A DNA stretch of 64,000 nt, from the NCBI GenBank assembly GCA_034780895.1, contig JAUZTB010000076.1, positions 92,888,610 to 92,952,609 on the forward strand, in the 5' to 3' direction. Below the pieces are notes generated by a model, which made no database searches, was not told the DNA's origin, and saw only the letters and a list, made by a program, of their open reading frames with translations. Every line of letters starts with the position of its first letter. The first letter of the stretch is position 1. This document shows positions 51,060-62,633 of this stretch, piece after piece. The stretch comes from Rhynchobatus australiae. Lineage: Eukaryota. The position numbers and the translations under genes are program-made.

Positions 51060-52313
51060 TTGCATGCTTTATGAAAGAGTTATGATCTGAATATGAGAAA
51101 GTATGATAGCTCACTGAGAAATGAAATTTTTAACATTTTGGCAGTGTTAAAATTTAGAAGCAAACTTCTATTTCTTTTCCACCTCTTCTGGGGAAGGTAA
51201 GTTTTGCTGAGATGCTGTTCCTTGGCACCATTAACCTTCAGCCATTGAATCTAAATAGTTCCTCCTGTCACATATGGTAGCTGAGCCCTAACACACAATT
51301 CAGTTTTTATAAGCAGAATATTTAATCCCCTTTTGGTAAATCTTAAATACTACTAAGCTTACTGTAATATTTACAGAAAGGAAATAAAAAATATCAACAC
51401 ACAGTTGATACTATCCACCAAAACCCAAATTAAACTCATCAGTAAAACCATTCAGAACACAGCTTCTGTACATTTTGCTTAAAACCTTGAGATCATATAA
51501 TTGAATCAAATTTGGTCAGACATCTGGATGATCATATGCACCTCTGATTTTTATTCCCTCAATGACTGCTTCTTTTACAAGTGTGAGTAAATAATATTAT
51601 TTATTGCACCCAGCAAAGTACCAAAACCTTTTGAAGTTTACATTATACACACCAAATATTAATGGATGGAATCATATGGTTCTAAATTGAACTCAAAGCA
51701 TTCAGCCATTCCCACAAAATTAAGTCTGAAATTCAGCAGATCTGCAAATTAGAGTCAGTGGTGCATCTGTCACACTTTCCCATCACTGGACTCGAGTGAT
51801 GAGGCCAAGAACTTCAGGATTTCCCAGCAATGCACTGGGGAATCTGTCTTTCTGATCCTTCTCCAGATCATACCTGGGGTAGAACTGGAGACTCCCTTTA
51901 TTTGAATGGTGACTCTTGGCTTGGAGAATGGGCTGAGTGATTATTTTACTTTAACATTCTTATTGCTATCTAAGAGCTTGATACATTAAAACACCTTTAG
52001 GATCTGCACTAGCTGTTGCAGTTCTAGTAATATTTCAAAATACATATAAATATTGTTTTAAAAAAACTCGAGGTGAAACTCCAACCTCAACTTTGTCCTC
52101 TGTCCAAAGGCTGCAAGGCTGAGAGGATGTTCTGGATGAACATCTCAAGGAACAGCATCTCAGCAAAAATTTACCTCCCCCCGGAAGAGGTGGAAAAGAA
52201 ATAAAAGTTAGAAGCCAACTTTTAACACCGCCAAAGTGTTAACAATTTCATTTCTCAGTAAGCTATCATATTTTATCATATTCAGATTATAACTCTTTTG
52301 GTAAAGAAAGCAA
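51060..52313. repeat. Long inverted repeat: arms ~51060-51224 and ~52146-52313, spacer ~920 nt
   Basis: gagttatgatctgaatatgagaaagtatgatagctcactgagaaatgaaat...ttttgctgagatgctgttccttg is reverse-complementary, with scattered mismatches, to caaggaacagcatctcagcaaaa...atttcatttctcagtaagctatcatattttatcatattcagattataactc. Confidence 0.92.
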
Positions 52314-54349
52314 GTTTCACTACGACTCATGGCCCAAGTCAAAGGTGCAGAGGATCAGCACCTGCACTCTAAGCAAAGCACAGATAAGTGGAGACTCGAT
52401 GCTTTATGCCTCATTCAGAAAGATTTACCCCAATGTGCATTTGCATGGAATTTTAACAGGAAAACCAAAGCAGAAACTGGAATTGGTCGAAGTGAATTAA
52501 ACAGTAACTTTGAATACATAAGGAAGGATAGAAAAATGTCAGGCTTTGAGGGAAAGGGTCAGGATTTTGATCTGGAGCTAGTGAAGAGATGATAGGCTCA
52601 ATGGTCTCCCTGCTTTAAGATTCTACAAATTTATAAATTTTGTCCAAATTGATTACGTTTACATTTTCTGAGGCTTAAATGGCAAGAGAACATGACAGGG
52701 TGACAAAATTCTAAATTTTATTATAGATACAAGGTCTAGATAAAATTGTCAATTGGGCAACTGTGCCCAAGAACGAAAAACAAAGAGCAACAAAGATGCA
52801 AACTGTATGAATCATCACCAGAATGTTCTTTGAACAGTTAATTTTTCTTTAATTCTATGTTCAGCCTCACAAATATTCAAACATCAAGCATGATACAAAA
52901 ATAATGCCATTTAGGAATAAGGATTTGGAAAGCAAGTCCTCTCACAGTAAATTATTAGGTGTAGTAGCTGTTCCTGCACAGACAAACCAATGATTAACTT
53001 GTTACAAGAATTTCAATTCCAGACTCTAAATCAAATTTCTACTTTACATCATAATTTCATAGTTGGTGCACTTAACAGAGATGAATCAGGTTCTAATTTA
53101 TTTGAAAATTAGTTAAATATTTTAACAAATATAATTTTCCAAAGAGGTAGTTTGTCAAATGTACATACTTCATAAGTTGCAAGTCAAGTTATGCCCAAAA
53201 TTAAATTAAAGCACAGGCACTGACAATATTGCTTAACTTATTCAACTTGATTCATGGATCACACAGAAAGAAAGTTATTGAAATTACAAACCTCTATCCT
53301 GTGACATTGGTGACTGGTTCATGGCCGGATGAGAGCTAGCATCTGATTGGCTATTGGGAGGCTGAGCTGGCATTTGATTTCCTGCATTGTGGAAGAGCAT
53401 TTTAGTTTATCAGCAGAAGAATTAAGTAAATCTGTAAGTTACTGGTTCGAGCTTCCTAGGATGCTTCATTATAGAGCAAGCATACTGCAATTTTTTTATT
53501 TGGTTTCCTGTATTGGAAGAAACCTTTTTCCTGAAATCAAACTGACTGGGATATGAAGTTTAAACAGAAATCACTATTTGCATAAAAACAGATCACTATT
53601 TAGCTGGTAGAATCATAAACAAATAACATAGCATGAAATGAGGATCAAATAAGCAGAATATAAGCACTTTATAGAAAAGACAAGAAATTTCCAATATACT
53701 GCAATTTAGGAAGGTCTGAAGGTAGTGACAGAGAAACAGATGAGAGTGAGAAAAGTGTGAAGTGTTAAAAGACTTTCCCATCCAAAAACAGACATTGTGA
53801 AATAATGGCTCCATGGGTGTTTTCTGAAATGTCATCATTCTTTAGATGTAAATCTAGACACTAAACATCAGCAGGCCACAAAACAATGGAGGGCACAAGT
53901 CTTATCTAATGTTCACTTTTATTTTGCAGTGATAAAGAGCAAATACCTGCAGATAAGGGGCACTAAAGCCATCAAAAACAACCTAACCACCAAGCATGCT
54001 AAAATCAGCTCGTTCATTTAATTTTCTTGATCTTTATAGCCAAGTTTAATTATGTCACTAATTAGGCATACCACGAGTACAGTACTTGTTCAAGAAATAT
54101 AGCAAGCTTATCCTTTTTTGTTCTGCTCTGTCACAGAGCTACAACTACAAGTGATTGATCATCAGACCAAATTCAGTCATGAGCAATAAAGAATTGGTAA
54201 AAAGTTGAAATGAAGAGTTTTAGTGGGAGTGATTAACATCAATGTGGTATCTTTAGTTGATCCCTGATGCCACCTAAAGACGTAATTCCTGGTGTTTACT
54301 TAAAATCTATGACTCTGCTTGTAATAGCATGCAATCACTTGTAATAAGC

Positions 54350-54690
54350 ATCACACACAAAATGCTGGAGGAACTCAGCAAGTCAGGCAGCATCTATGGA
54401 GGGAAATAAACAGAACATTTTGAGTCGAGACCCTTCATCCGGGACTGAAGAGAAAGAGGGCAGAAGCCAGAATAAAAAGCTGGNNNNNNNNNNNNNNNNN
54501 NNNNNNNNNNNNNNNNNNTCCAAGTGAGGGGGGAAGGTAGGTGGGTGGGGGAGGGGAGATGAAAGGGAATGACGTGAGAAGCCAGGAGGTGATAAGTGGA
54601 AGAGTTAAAGGGCTAGAGAAGGAGGAATCCGATAGGAGAGGACAGTCGACCATAGAATAAAGGGAAAGAGGTGGGAAGTCAGAGGGAGGT
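54350..54690. mobile_element. Dispersed repeat, probable Penelope-like element terminal region
   Basis: aaaatgctggaggaactcagcaagtcaggcagcatctatggag..gtcgagacccttcatc followed by a G/A-rich tract. Best-preserved copy of the family in the window. Confidence 0.65.
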
Positions 54691-54989
54691 GATGCTGTGG
54701 TTCTGTTGTTGTTAATCATTGGTCAAAGTGGCAACAAAAGGTACATCAAGTGACATAACCAAGGTATAAACAACCTGGATGCATCCCTTCATGATCTCAC
54801 TATACTAGAGAGCCCATGGGATATACTGCTAAGTTTAGCAGTGATGTTCAGTTCAGCAGTTTGCAGATATTGCCCAATTCTTACCATTGGTCTACTCATT
54901 CTGGAGCAAAATGCAGTGAATGCTGGAGATCTAATATAAAATGCTGGAATGATCCAGCAAATCAGGCAACATTTACAAAACAAGCTGAC

Positions 54990-56020
54990 TTGTCACATTT
55001 GAATGAAAGATTATAAATCTGAAGCATTCACACTGCCGTTAATAATCGACCTGGACTTGATATGAAAGGCGTGAAACTCAGTAACATAGCAAATAGCAAG
55101 GAGAATTATAACATGCTGAACTAATGAATCAGACTCATGACACATGAAATTTAATGTAGAAAAGTGATTAGTTTTGGAGGAAAGAATGAGAAAAAAATAT
55201 ACACGCGTGCGCGCGCGCAAAATTTTAATAAGGGGTAGAAGAAAAATGTACATTCACAACTCTTTGAAGGTGGAAAGAGAAGCTTATTTATCCATGGTTT
55301 TATAAACAGAGGTATAGGTATACAGTACAAAAATATGAAACATTTATAAAACATGAATTGGGCATTATTGGGGTTTTACATTGAAATCTGCAAAGAATTT
55401 CAAGGTCACTGTGAAGTTACAGATGAAATCTATTAGACAGCATCATGGATGACAGCCCAATATAAGAGACAAGAGAAAATGGGACAGATTTCTTTACAGC
55501 AGACAAGGTTAAGAGAAGAAAATTAAAAGGGACACAGAACATCTTGAAGGATTTTTATGGAGTAAATAAGGGCAAGCTGTTTCCCTTGCAAATTTGATTG
55601 GAAATTAGAAACCAGAAGACAGGGATTTAATGCAAGTTACAAGAATATTATAAATGACATGAAAAAATAAAATCAACAGAAAATGCTGTACACACTCAGC
55701 AGGTCAGGAAGAGAAACAAAGTATTAACTCCTCTCAATGCAGATGCTGCCTGCCAGACCCAAGTATTTCTACCATTTCCTGTTTTTTATTTCAGATTTCC
55801 AGCATCTGCAGGTTTTCATTTTTCAAATACTGGGAAAATAATATGTTAAGCAGCAGTTTGTTGTCTGAAATGCACTGCCCAAAAGCATAGTGTAAGCAAC
55901 TTTTCAAAGGGGGTTTGGATGAATACTTGAAAGAGAAACATTTGTTTGGATATGGGGAAAGAACAAGGGAGTGGAATTTAATTGTACAGCTTTTCCACAG
56001 AGTAGGCATTTTAGATTCTG
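54990..56020 (+). mobile_element. Highly decayed CR1 3' part with a nested short repeat (55675-55820)
   Basis: Remnants tgaaatttaatgtagaaaagtg, aagctgtttccc, tgaaatgcactgcc, tggatgaatacttgaa. Confidence 0.55.
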
Positions 56021-56094
56021 TTGGAGCGGATGACCTGACAGAGGAAGACCATGGCATAACAGGAGTTTGGCACCGTACCTGGTGCCATGGTCCA

Positions 56095-57078
56095 GTGGGC
56101 AAGGAGAAATGCAGTGGTCATTGGAGATTCTATAGTTAGGGGAACAGATAAGAGATTTTGTGAACTTGACAACAGAACCCAGATGGTGTGTTGCCTGCCT
56201 GGTGCCAAGGTAAGGGATGTCTCGGACCAGGTTGAGAATATTCTGAGGGAAGAGGGTGATCAGCCAGAAGTCTTGGTACATGTAGGTACCAATGACATAG
56301 GTAGAAAAAGAGAGGAGGTCCTAAAGGAAGATTACAAGGAGCTAGGAAGGAGAAGCAGGACCTCCAGGGTAGTAATCTCAGGATTACTGCCTGTGCCATA
56401 TGCTAATGGAAGTAAGAATAGAAAGATCTGGCAGATGAATGCGTGGCTGAATAACTGGTGCAGGGGGCAGTGCCTCAAATTCTTGGATCATTGGGACCTT
56501 TTTGGGAGAGGTAATGACTTATTAACAAAGGATGGGTTACACCTGAACTCCAAGGGGTCCAATATCCTGGTGGGAATGTTTAATATAGCCGTTGNNNNNN
56601 NNNNNNNNNNNNNNNNNNNNNNNNNNNNNNNNNNNNNNNNNNNNNNNNNNNNNNNNNNNNNNNNNNNNNNNNNNNNNNNNNNNNNNNNNNNNNNGAGGGG
56701 ACCTCATAGAAACATTTAGAATGTTGAAAGGACTGGACAGAGCAGATGTGGTTAAGCTGTTTCCCCTGGTGGGCAAATCCAGGACTGGAGGGCATAATCT
56801 TAGAATTAGCAGATACTGGTTTAAAACAGAAATGAGGAGAAATTTCTTTAGCCAGAGAGTAGCGAAATTATGGAATTCTTTGCCACATACAGCTGTGGAG
56901 GCCCAATAATTTGGGGTGTTTAAGGAGGAGATTGATAGGTATCTAATTAGTCAAGGTATCAAAGGATATGGGGATAAGGCCGGAAAATGGGGCTAGATAG
57001 GAATAGTATTAGTTTAGCTCATGATGCAGACTCGATGGGCTGAATGGCCTACTTCTGCTCCTTTGTCTTATGATCTTG
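56095..57078 (+). mobile_element. CR1 LINE: ORF1 SGNH esterase domain (56095-56594), 100-N gap, then ORF2 C-terminus and 3' tail (56695-57078)
   Basis: SGNH blocks VIGDSIVRG, CLPGAKV, VHVGTND, DGLHLN. After the gap: GDLIETFRML..RTGGH..RRNFFSQRV..WNSLP and the tail gatgggctgaatggcctacttctgctcct. Confidence 0.9.
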
Positions 57079-57154
57079 TAATGAGCTACGAATGGTATAA
57101 GATGATACGAAGGCTTCCTTGCATGATTGTAACCATTGACTTCTGTTCTTCTCT

Positions 57155-57650
57155 TCTTCTTAAGCAGTCCCTTGGAATCCAGGATGATTTTCTTCCACAC
57201 CAGTATTGTGGGTGATGAGATGGCTCAATGAGGCCAACGTGGGAACCACAGACTGTTCCAAAAAAGGGGCCCGCTGTTGGAACGGGTACATTGTAGCTGG
57301 TGAGGTGGTACATTCCTTCCACAGCTTACACAGGGTTTCTGTGTGCTCACTATGTGTGCCCTCAAGGTTCTCAATACCATTCTGAATCTCCTCCACCACT
57401 TTGCGTGGTCATGGGCCCAGGGCTCCCAGGAGACAGTGGGGATGTTGGTCTTCTGCAGGGAAGCTTTGAGCACATCCTTGAATCTTCTTCTCTGTCTGTC
57501 TGGTAATCTCCTCCATTTGGGGGGTGTGGGGGGGGGGGGTGTATAATCTGATGGATGTCATTCTCCACCTTGCTGTGTGGCTTTATCACCATGCAACTGA
57601 CATCATTTCAGAACAGATTTAGTAGCTTGAATATCTGTATGGCACTGAGA
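57155..57650 (-). mobile_element. RTE-clade LINE 3' end fragment
   Basis: gcagtcccttggaatccaggatgattttcttcca resembles the recalled reverse complement of RTE 3' ends, preceded by a (ctt)n-like tail. Confidence 0.55.
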
Positions 57651-58699
57651 CTCAACATTGGTTGCAGAACTGGATTCCAATTCATAATTTCATAGCCAGG
57701 CATGTTCATCATTGCCAATTTCATCAAGTCAGTGGTTTAACAAGGACCACAGAAATTCATACCAAGAGCAGTAATGGGTGAACATCAAAATCTAGTAATG
57801 CTACATTTGATGCAGATGATATAAAAGAGGATAAGAAATAGCATCTCTTCATACATGTTGCTCATGTACTTATGGCAGTGTTCATGGTTTTTCATCAATG
57901 GACAGAATTCTGGAGTTTTTAGTTAACATTTTTACAATTTTATAATGTTAGTCTGTGATAATCGAGTTTCAGACATCAGCCTCTTAGAATTTAACAGCTT
58001 ATTTTTCATTGTTTGAGCTGTCAATATATCTTACACGTTTAGGATAGTGTCTCATTTTGTTTTATAAAGAGGTCAGCATCTCAGTGAATTGGAAGTCAAT
58101 GGACTGAATATCACAGCTGAAATATATTTCATGAGTATCCGACTGTAAGTGAGAACTCTGAAACAGATCATGTCTTCTGAATAACCAGATATGTAGAAAA
58201 TACTGTCCGATGCTTGAGCTCAAGCAGCAAGTTTCAGGGCTTGATGGATAGCTAAAGGCATTGCACTGCACCCCAGAGCCCAAGTTTTCTCAAGCATATT
58301 TTCCAAGTGGCAGTCACACACTGCCATAGAAAAAAGCAGCAGATGACAGTAAAGGTGACTATCAAACAAGTTATAAGGAAGACCCAAGTATTTACAGTTT
58401 TGAAAACTGGGTAAAATGATAACTGCTTGAATGAGTGCAGTTGGAATCAAACTCCAGGTGGTTACATCATACACAGAAAACAAGGGGAATTGCAGCAATC
58501 ATAGGTGATTGCATAGTTACTAACATAGTAGGCAGTTACTTCAATAACTGCTACCAATCTCCTGAATATTCTGCTGCCCCTCTGGTCCAGGTGTAGGACA
58601 TTCTGCAATGAGAACAATGGAAACATTGACTTGGAAGGTAAAAGCATCAGAGTTCCTTATGGTGAAGTTTCAAGAAATGGTGCTGAAGTAGTGTTGAGA

Positions 58700-58960
58700 T
58701 TATTACCCCTTTTAAAATGCTAGTTGGGGAGATGGTGCAGGTTAATATTTTATCTGGAGAAGAAATGCAGGAGGGAAGATTACAGATTGCTGAGGCATTG
58801 GGATCGTTTCTTGGGAAAGGGCCAATTACACAAGATGAACACACTGCATCCAAATAGAACTGGGACCAATGATCTTGCTCAAAAGTTGTTAAATACTTTG
58901 AGCAGGGGATAAATTATTGTGGGAGTGAAAAGAGAGCTAGAAAACAGAGTGGAACAGCAA
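58700..58960 (+). mobile_element. CR1 ORF1 esterase C-terminal fragment
   Basis: CRREDYRLLRHWDRFLGKGQLHKMNTLHPNRTGTNDLA parallels WCRGQCLKFLDHWDLF..DGLHLNSKGSNIL at ~56450-56580. Confidence 0.75.
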
Positions 58961-58971
58961 TGAGATCAGAT

Positions 58972-60005
58972 GAATATAGAACAGTACAGCACAGAACGGG
59001 CCCTTCGGCCCACAATGTTGTGCCAACATAGCTAATCCCTCCTACCTACAGAATGCTCATATCCCTCCATTTTCATCTCATTCTTGTGCCCATCCAAGCC
59101 TCTCTTAAAAGCCCCCAATGAATTTGCCTCCACCACCCATTCCAGGCATCCACCACTCTCTCAGTAAAAAACATACCCCTCATGTCTGTACTGAACCTAC
59201 CCCTCTCACCTTAAATGCGTGCCCTCTGGTATTGGATCACTCATTAATGGGAACAAGATATTACTTGTCCACCCAATCTATGCCCCTCATAATTTTATAC
59301 ACTTCCAACAGATCACTCCTTAGTCTCCGCCACTCCAGAGAAAAGAGCCCAAGTTTGTCCAGCCGCTCCTGATAGCGCATGCCCTCTAATCCAGGCAGCA
59401 TCTNNNNNNNNNNNNNNNNNNNNNNNNNNNNNNNNNNNNNNNNNNNNNNNNNNNNNNNNNNNNNNNNNNNNNNNNNNNNNNNNNNNNNNNNNNNNNNNNN
59501 NNNAGCATCCTAGTAAACCTCCTCTGCACCCTCTCTAAAGCCTCAACATCCTTCCTGTAGTGAGGTGACCAGAATTGCACGCAATACTCTAAATGCAGCC
59601 TAACCAGAGTTCAATAGGGATGCGTCATAACTTCTCGACTCCTATACTCAATACCTTGATTAATAAATGCAAGCGTTCCATAAGCCTTCTTAACCACCCC
59701 GTCTACCTGTGTAGCCACCTTCAATGAGCCATGGACTTGCACCCCAAGGTCTCTCTGCTCTTCAACACCGTTAAGGGTCTTGCCCTTAAGGGTGACTGCC
59801 TCTTGACATTAGTCCCACCAAGGTGCAACACCTCACATTTATCCAGGCTAAACTCCATCTGCCATTTCTCTGCCCGCATCTGCAGCTGATCTATATCACA
59901 CTGTATCCATCGCCAGCCTTCTACTCTATTCACAACTCCATCAATCTCTGCAAACTTACTAACCCACCCATCAAATACTCATCCAGGTCATTAATGTACA
60001 TCCTG
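58972..60005 (-). mobile_element. CR1 LINE 3' part (RT to tail)
   Basis: [24 protein letters not shown]; IQCDIDQL..AEKWQMEFSLDKCEVLHLG; reverse tail acagcacagaacgggcccttcggccc. Confidence 0.92.
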
Positions 60006-60949
60006 AACACAGACATGGTCAACTCGATCCGTCGTCATACGGCCAGCCCGCCCTCCCCGGAGCTCCTCTGGTGAACGTTTGCTGCACCTCCTCTTGGACA
60101 AGTACGTCCAACCTCTCCTGTGAAACACTCTATCCCCGGCAACATCCCGGGGAATCTGCCCTGCACCTTCTCCAGTGCACTGTCACTCCCTTCCCTCAGC
60201 TTGTGACCACAGGTACACAGTCCTCCAAATCTGAGCTGAACCTTCTTCATCGTCTCGGTCCCCGGCTGAGTCATTCCCAATCCTCAGGCCCACCGTCACT
60301 CTGGCAACTCTGCCAGCTTCACCCTTTGTGTTTAACCTTCTGCCAGCAGTTGGAGATGGGCCACTTTTCCTGTGCAGTTTTTGAACTATAAAGGATTTTG
60401 TTTTTGCAAAACATTGTTTAGTAACATCATCAACCTTTACCTAGATGTCGGCGAAATGAACGAGTTTCAGGACACTCAAGTCAGTGATAATAAACCTGAT
60501 TCTTCCTGATGGAACTTCTCTCCCAACCCACACCTCGCCCCTTCCAACATCTCTCTGCCTTCCAACGTCTGCGTTCGATCTGTAGTCCGGTATTTCCCGC
60601 TGTGTCCGCCAGCTCTGTCCCGAGGCATGGTGCCTAGAGAGTGAACCTTCCTGCCAGCTCTGATTCCAGGAGGCAGACTTGGAGGGAGCTCCTCCCCATC
60701 TCCTCCCTCCTCTCCCCCATCATCCCATCCTTCCCCTCCCCTCCTCCCCCCACTCTATATACCAGTAAAATTGGAACAATTGTAAATATGACAAAAGCAG
60801 TTTTGTAGAAGACATTAAATATATGCATTTCAGTACCCGCAGTGTTACAGTGGTGACAAATTGCAATATGGGAGTATAGTGTGGTTACATTCATACAATA
60901 ACATGGCCAACACAAGGCCAGGAATGTGCTCTTAATATTCCTGGTTACC

Positions 60950-62190
60950 AAGTAACAAAGAACAATGAAAAAGCAAAAAGAGGAGGCATTAGTTGCATTT
61001 ATTAAAGATGTTATTACATAATTAAATAAAAAGGATTTTTGAGATGATTCTAGGTTTGAATCTATTTGGGTTATTCAGGAAGAGTGGAGAAGCTGCAACA
61101 AAGCTGGGAGTTTGCTTCCAATATATAAATTTCCAATATAGTTAAGTAAATTTGTTCGCCAATTTCTAAGTGCAACACAAAGTAAAGGAAGATAAACTAG
61201 TCATGGTCCACATAAACACTAATGACATGAAAAGGACTGCAATGGAAGTTTTGCTACAGGATCATGAGCAGCTTGGGGCGAAATTGAAAAGCAGAACCAC
61301 AAGGTAGTGACAATTTCCACATGTGCATCTCAGCAACCTGCAAAGTGGCAGAGGGTAAATAGGAATAGAAAAGTAAATGTGTAGTTCAAAGGCTAAGTGT
61401 CGTAAAATGGGTTCCAATTCATGGTCAGTGCACCAGTACTACAGAGAGAGAGAAATGTGGAACTGTTCCATTGGAATGGGCTTCATTTAAACTCTGCTAG
61501 GACAGTGTCCTGGTGAAATACATAATAGGGTCATAGACAGATGATATAGACTGATGGGGGGTGGGAAGAGTTCTTTTGGAAATAAGTTAATAAAATGAAA
61601 AGAAATGTGAGAGGAGTGGTGGGGAAAATGGAGAATTGGACAGAAAACATCAGCAAAATTGTGCAATAGAAAGTGAATCTGTGGTAAGCAAAAATTGTTA
61701 AGTCAAAATTTAAAGCTCTTTATCTGCACCTTGTGCAAAAATCTACAAATGCTCATCCACTGACCTTTCTTTAGCTTATTTTTCCAGTTCACTCCAGACA
61801 ACTCTTTCTTCATAAATATGTAACGTGTGGCATTTGTAATAAGATAGATAAAGTGACTTACACAAATGAGTTTGACAATATACTGTAACAGAAACACGGT
61901 AGCAGGTTGACCAGGACCAGGAAGTCAATATTCCAGTTCATTAAATGCTCCAAAAGAATAGGCAAAAAAAAGACGCAAGTGTGATGCTGAATGGTGATTA
62001 CAAATGCAATGGATAGTTTAGGTAGAAATAAAGAACAGTAAGGGGAAAGAAGATCCAAATGTGAGTAGTCAATGGGCCCCCAAAATCTTGTGTTTTGACA
62101 GGACAAAGCATAAATCAGGAAATATAAAAAGGCATAAACTGCAATTATCATGGGTGATTTTAAACTGCATAATGATTGGACTAAACTATG
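60950..62190 (+). mobile_element. Mosaic of decayed CR1 fragments (APE, ORF1 esterase, APE)
   Basis: gtccacataaacactaatgacat (VH..TND-like) at ~61205; attatcatgggtgattttaaa (IIMGDF) at ~62145. Confidence 0.6.
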
Positions 62191-62633
62191 GTTGAGGAGA
62201 AAGGCAACTGGGAACGGATGAGGTACTTGAAGAGTATAGGAAATGTAAGAAAATACCAAAAAAAGGAAATCAGGAAGGCAAAAAGACATCAGGTTGCTTT
62301 GGCAGATAATGTGAAGGTAAACCCAAAGGGTTTCTACAGGTATATTAAGAGCAAAAGGAGAGTAAAGGGACAGAATTGGAGATCAGAGTGGTCATATGTG
62401 TGTGGAGCCTCAGGAGATGGGGGAGGTCTTAAACAGTTTTTTTGCATCAGTATATAGTCAGGAAACTGGCATCGTGGATATGGAAGGAAGGGAAACAAGC
62501 ACTAGTGTTGTGGAACATGTAGAGATTAAAAAGGAGGTACTTGATGCTTTACAGCAAATAAAGGTAGATAAATCCCCAGGGCCTGACAAGATATTTCCTC
62601 GGACCTTGAGAGAGACTGGTGTAGAAATTGCAG
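62190..62633 (+). mobile_element. Younger CR1 ORF2 fragment (linker before RT), truncated at a gap
   Basis: KKEIRKAKR..KVNPKGFYRYIKSKR; VLNSFFASV; IKVDKSPGPDKIFPRTLRE. Confidence 0.9.

Noticed and set aside
55201-55218. acacgcgtgcgcgcgcgc alternating purine-pyrimidine tract
   Set aside because: Short microsatellite inside a decayed LINE; too small for a CpG island or a supported Z-DNA element.
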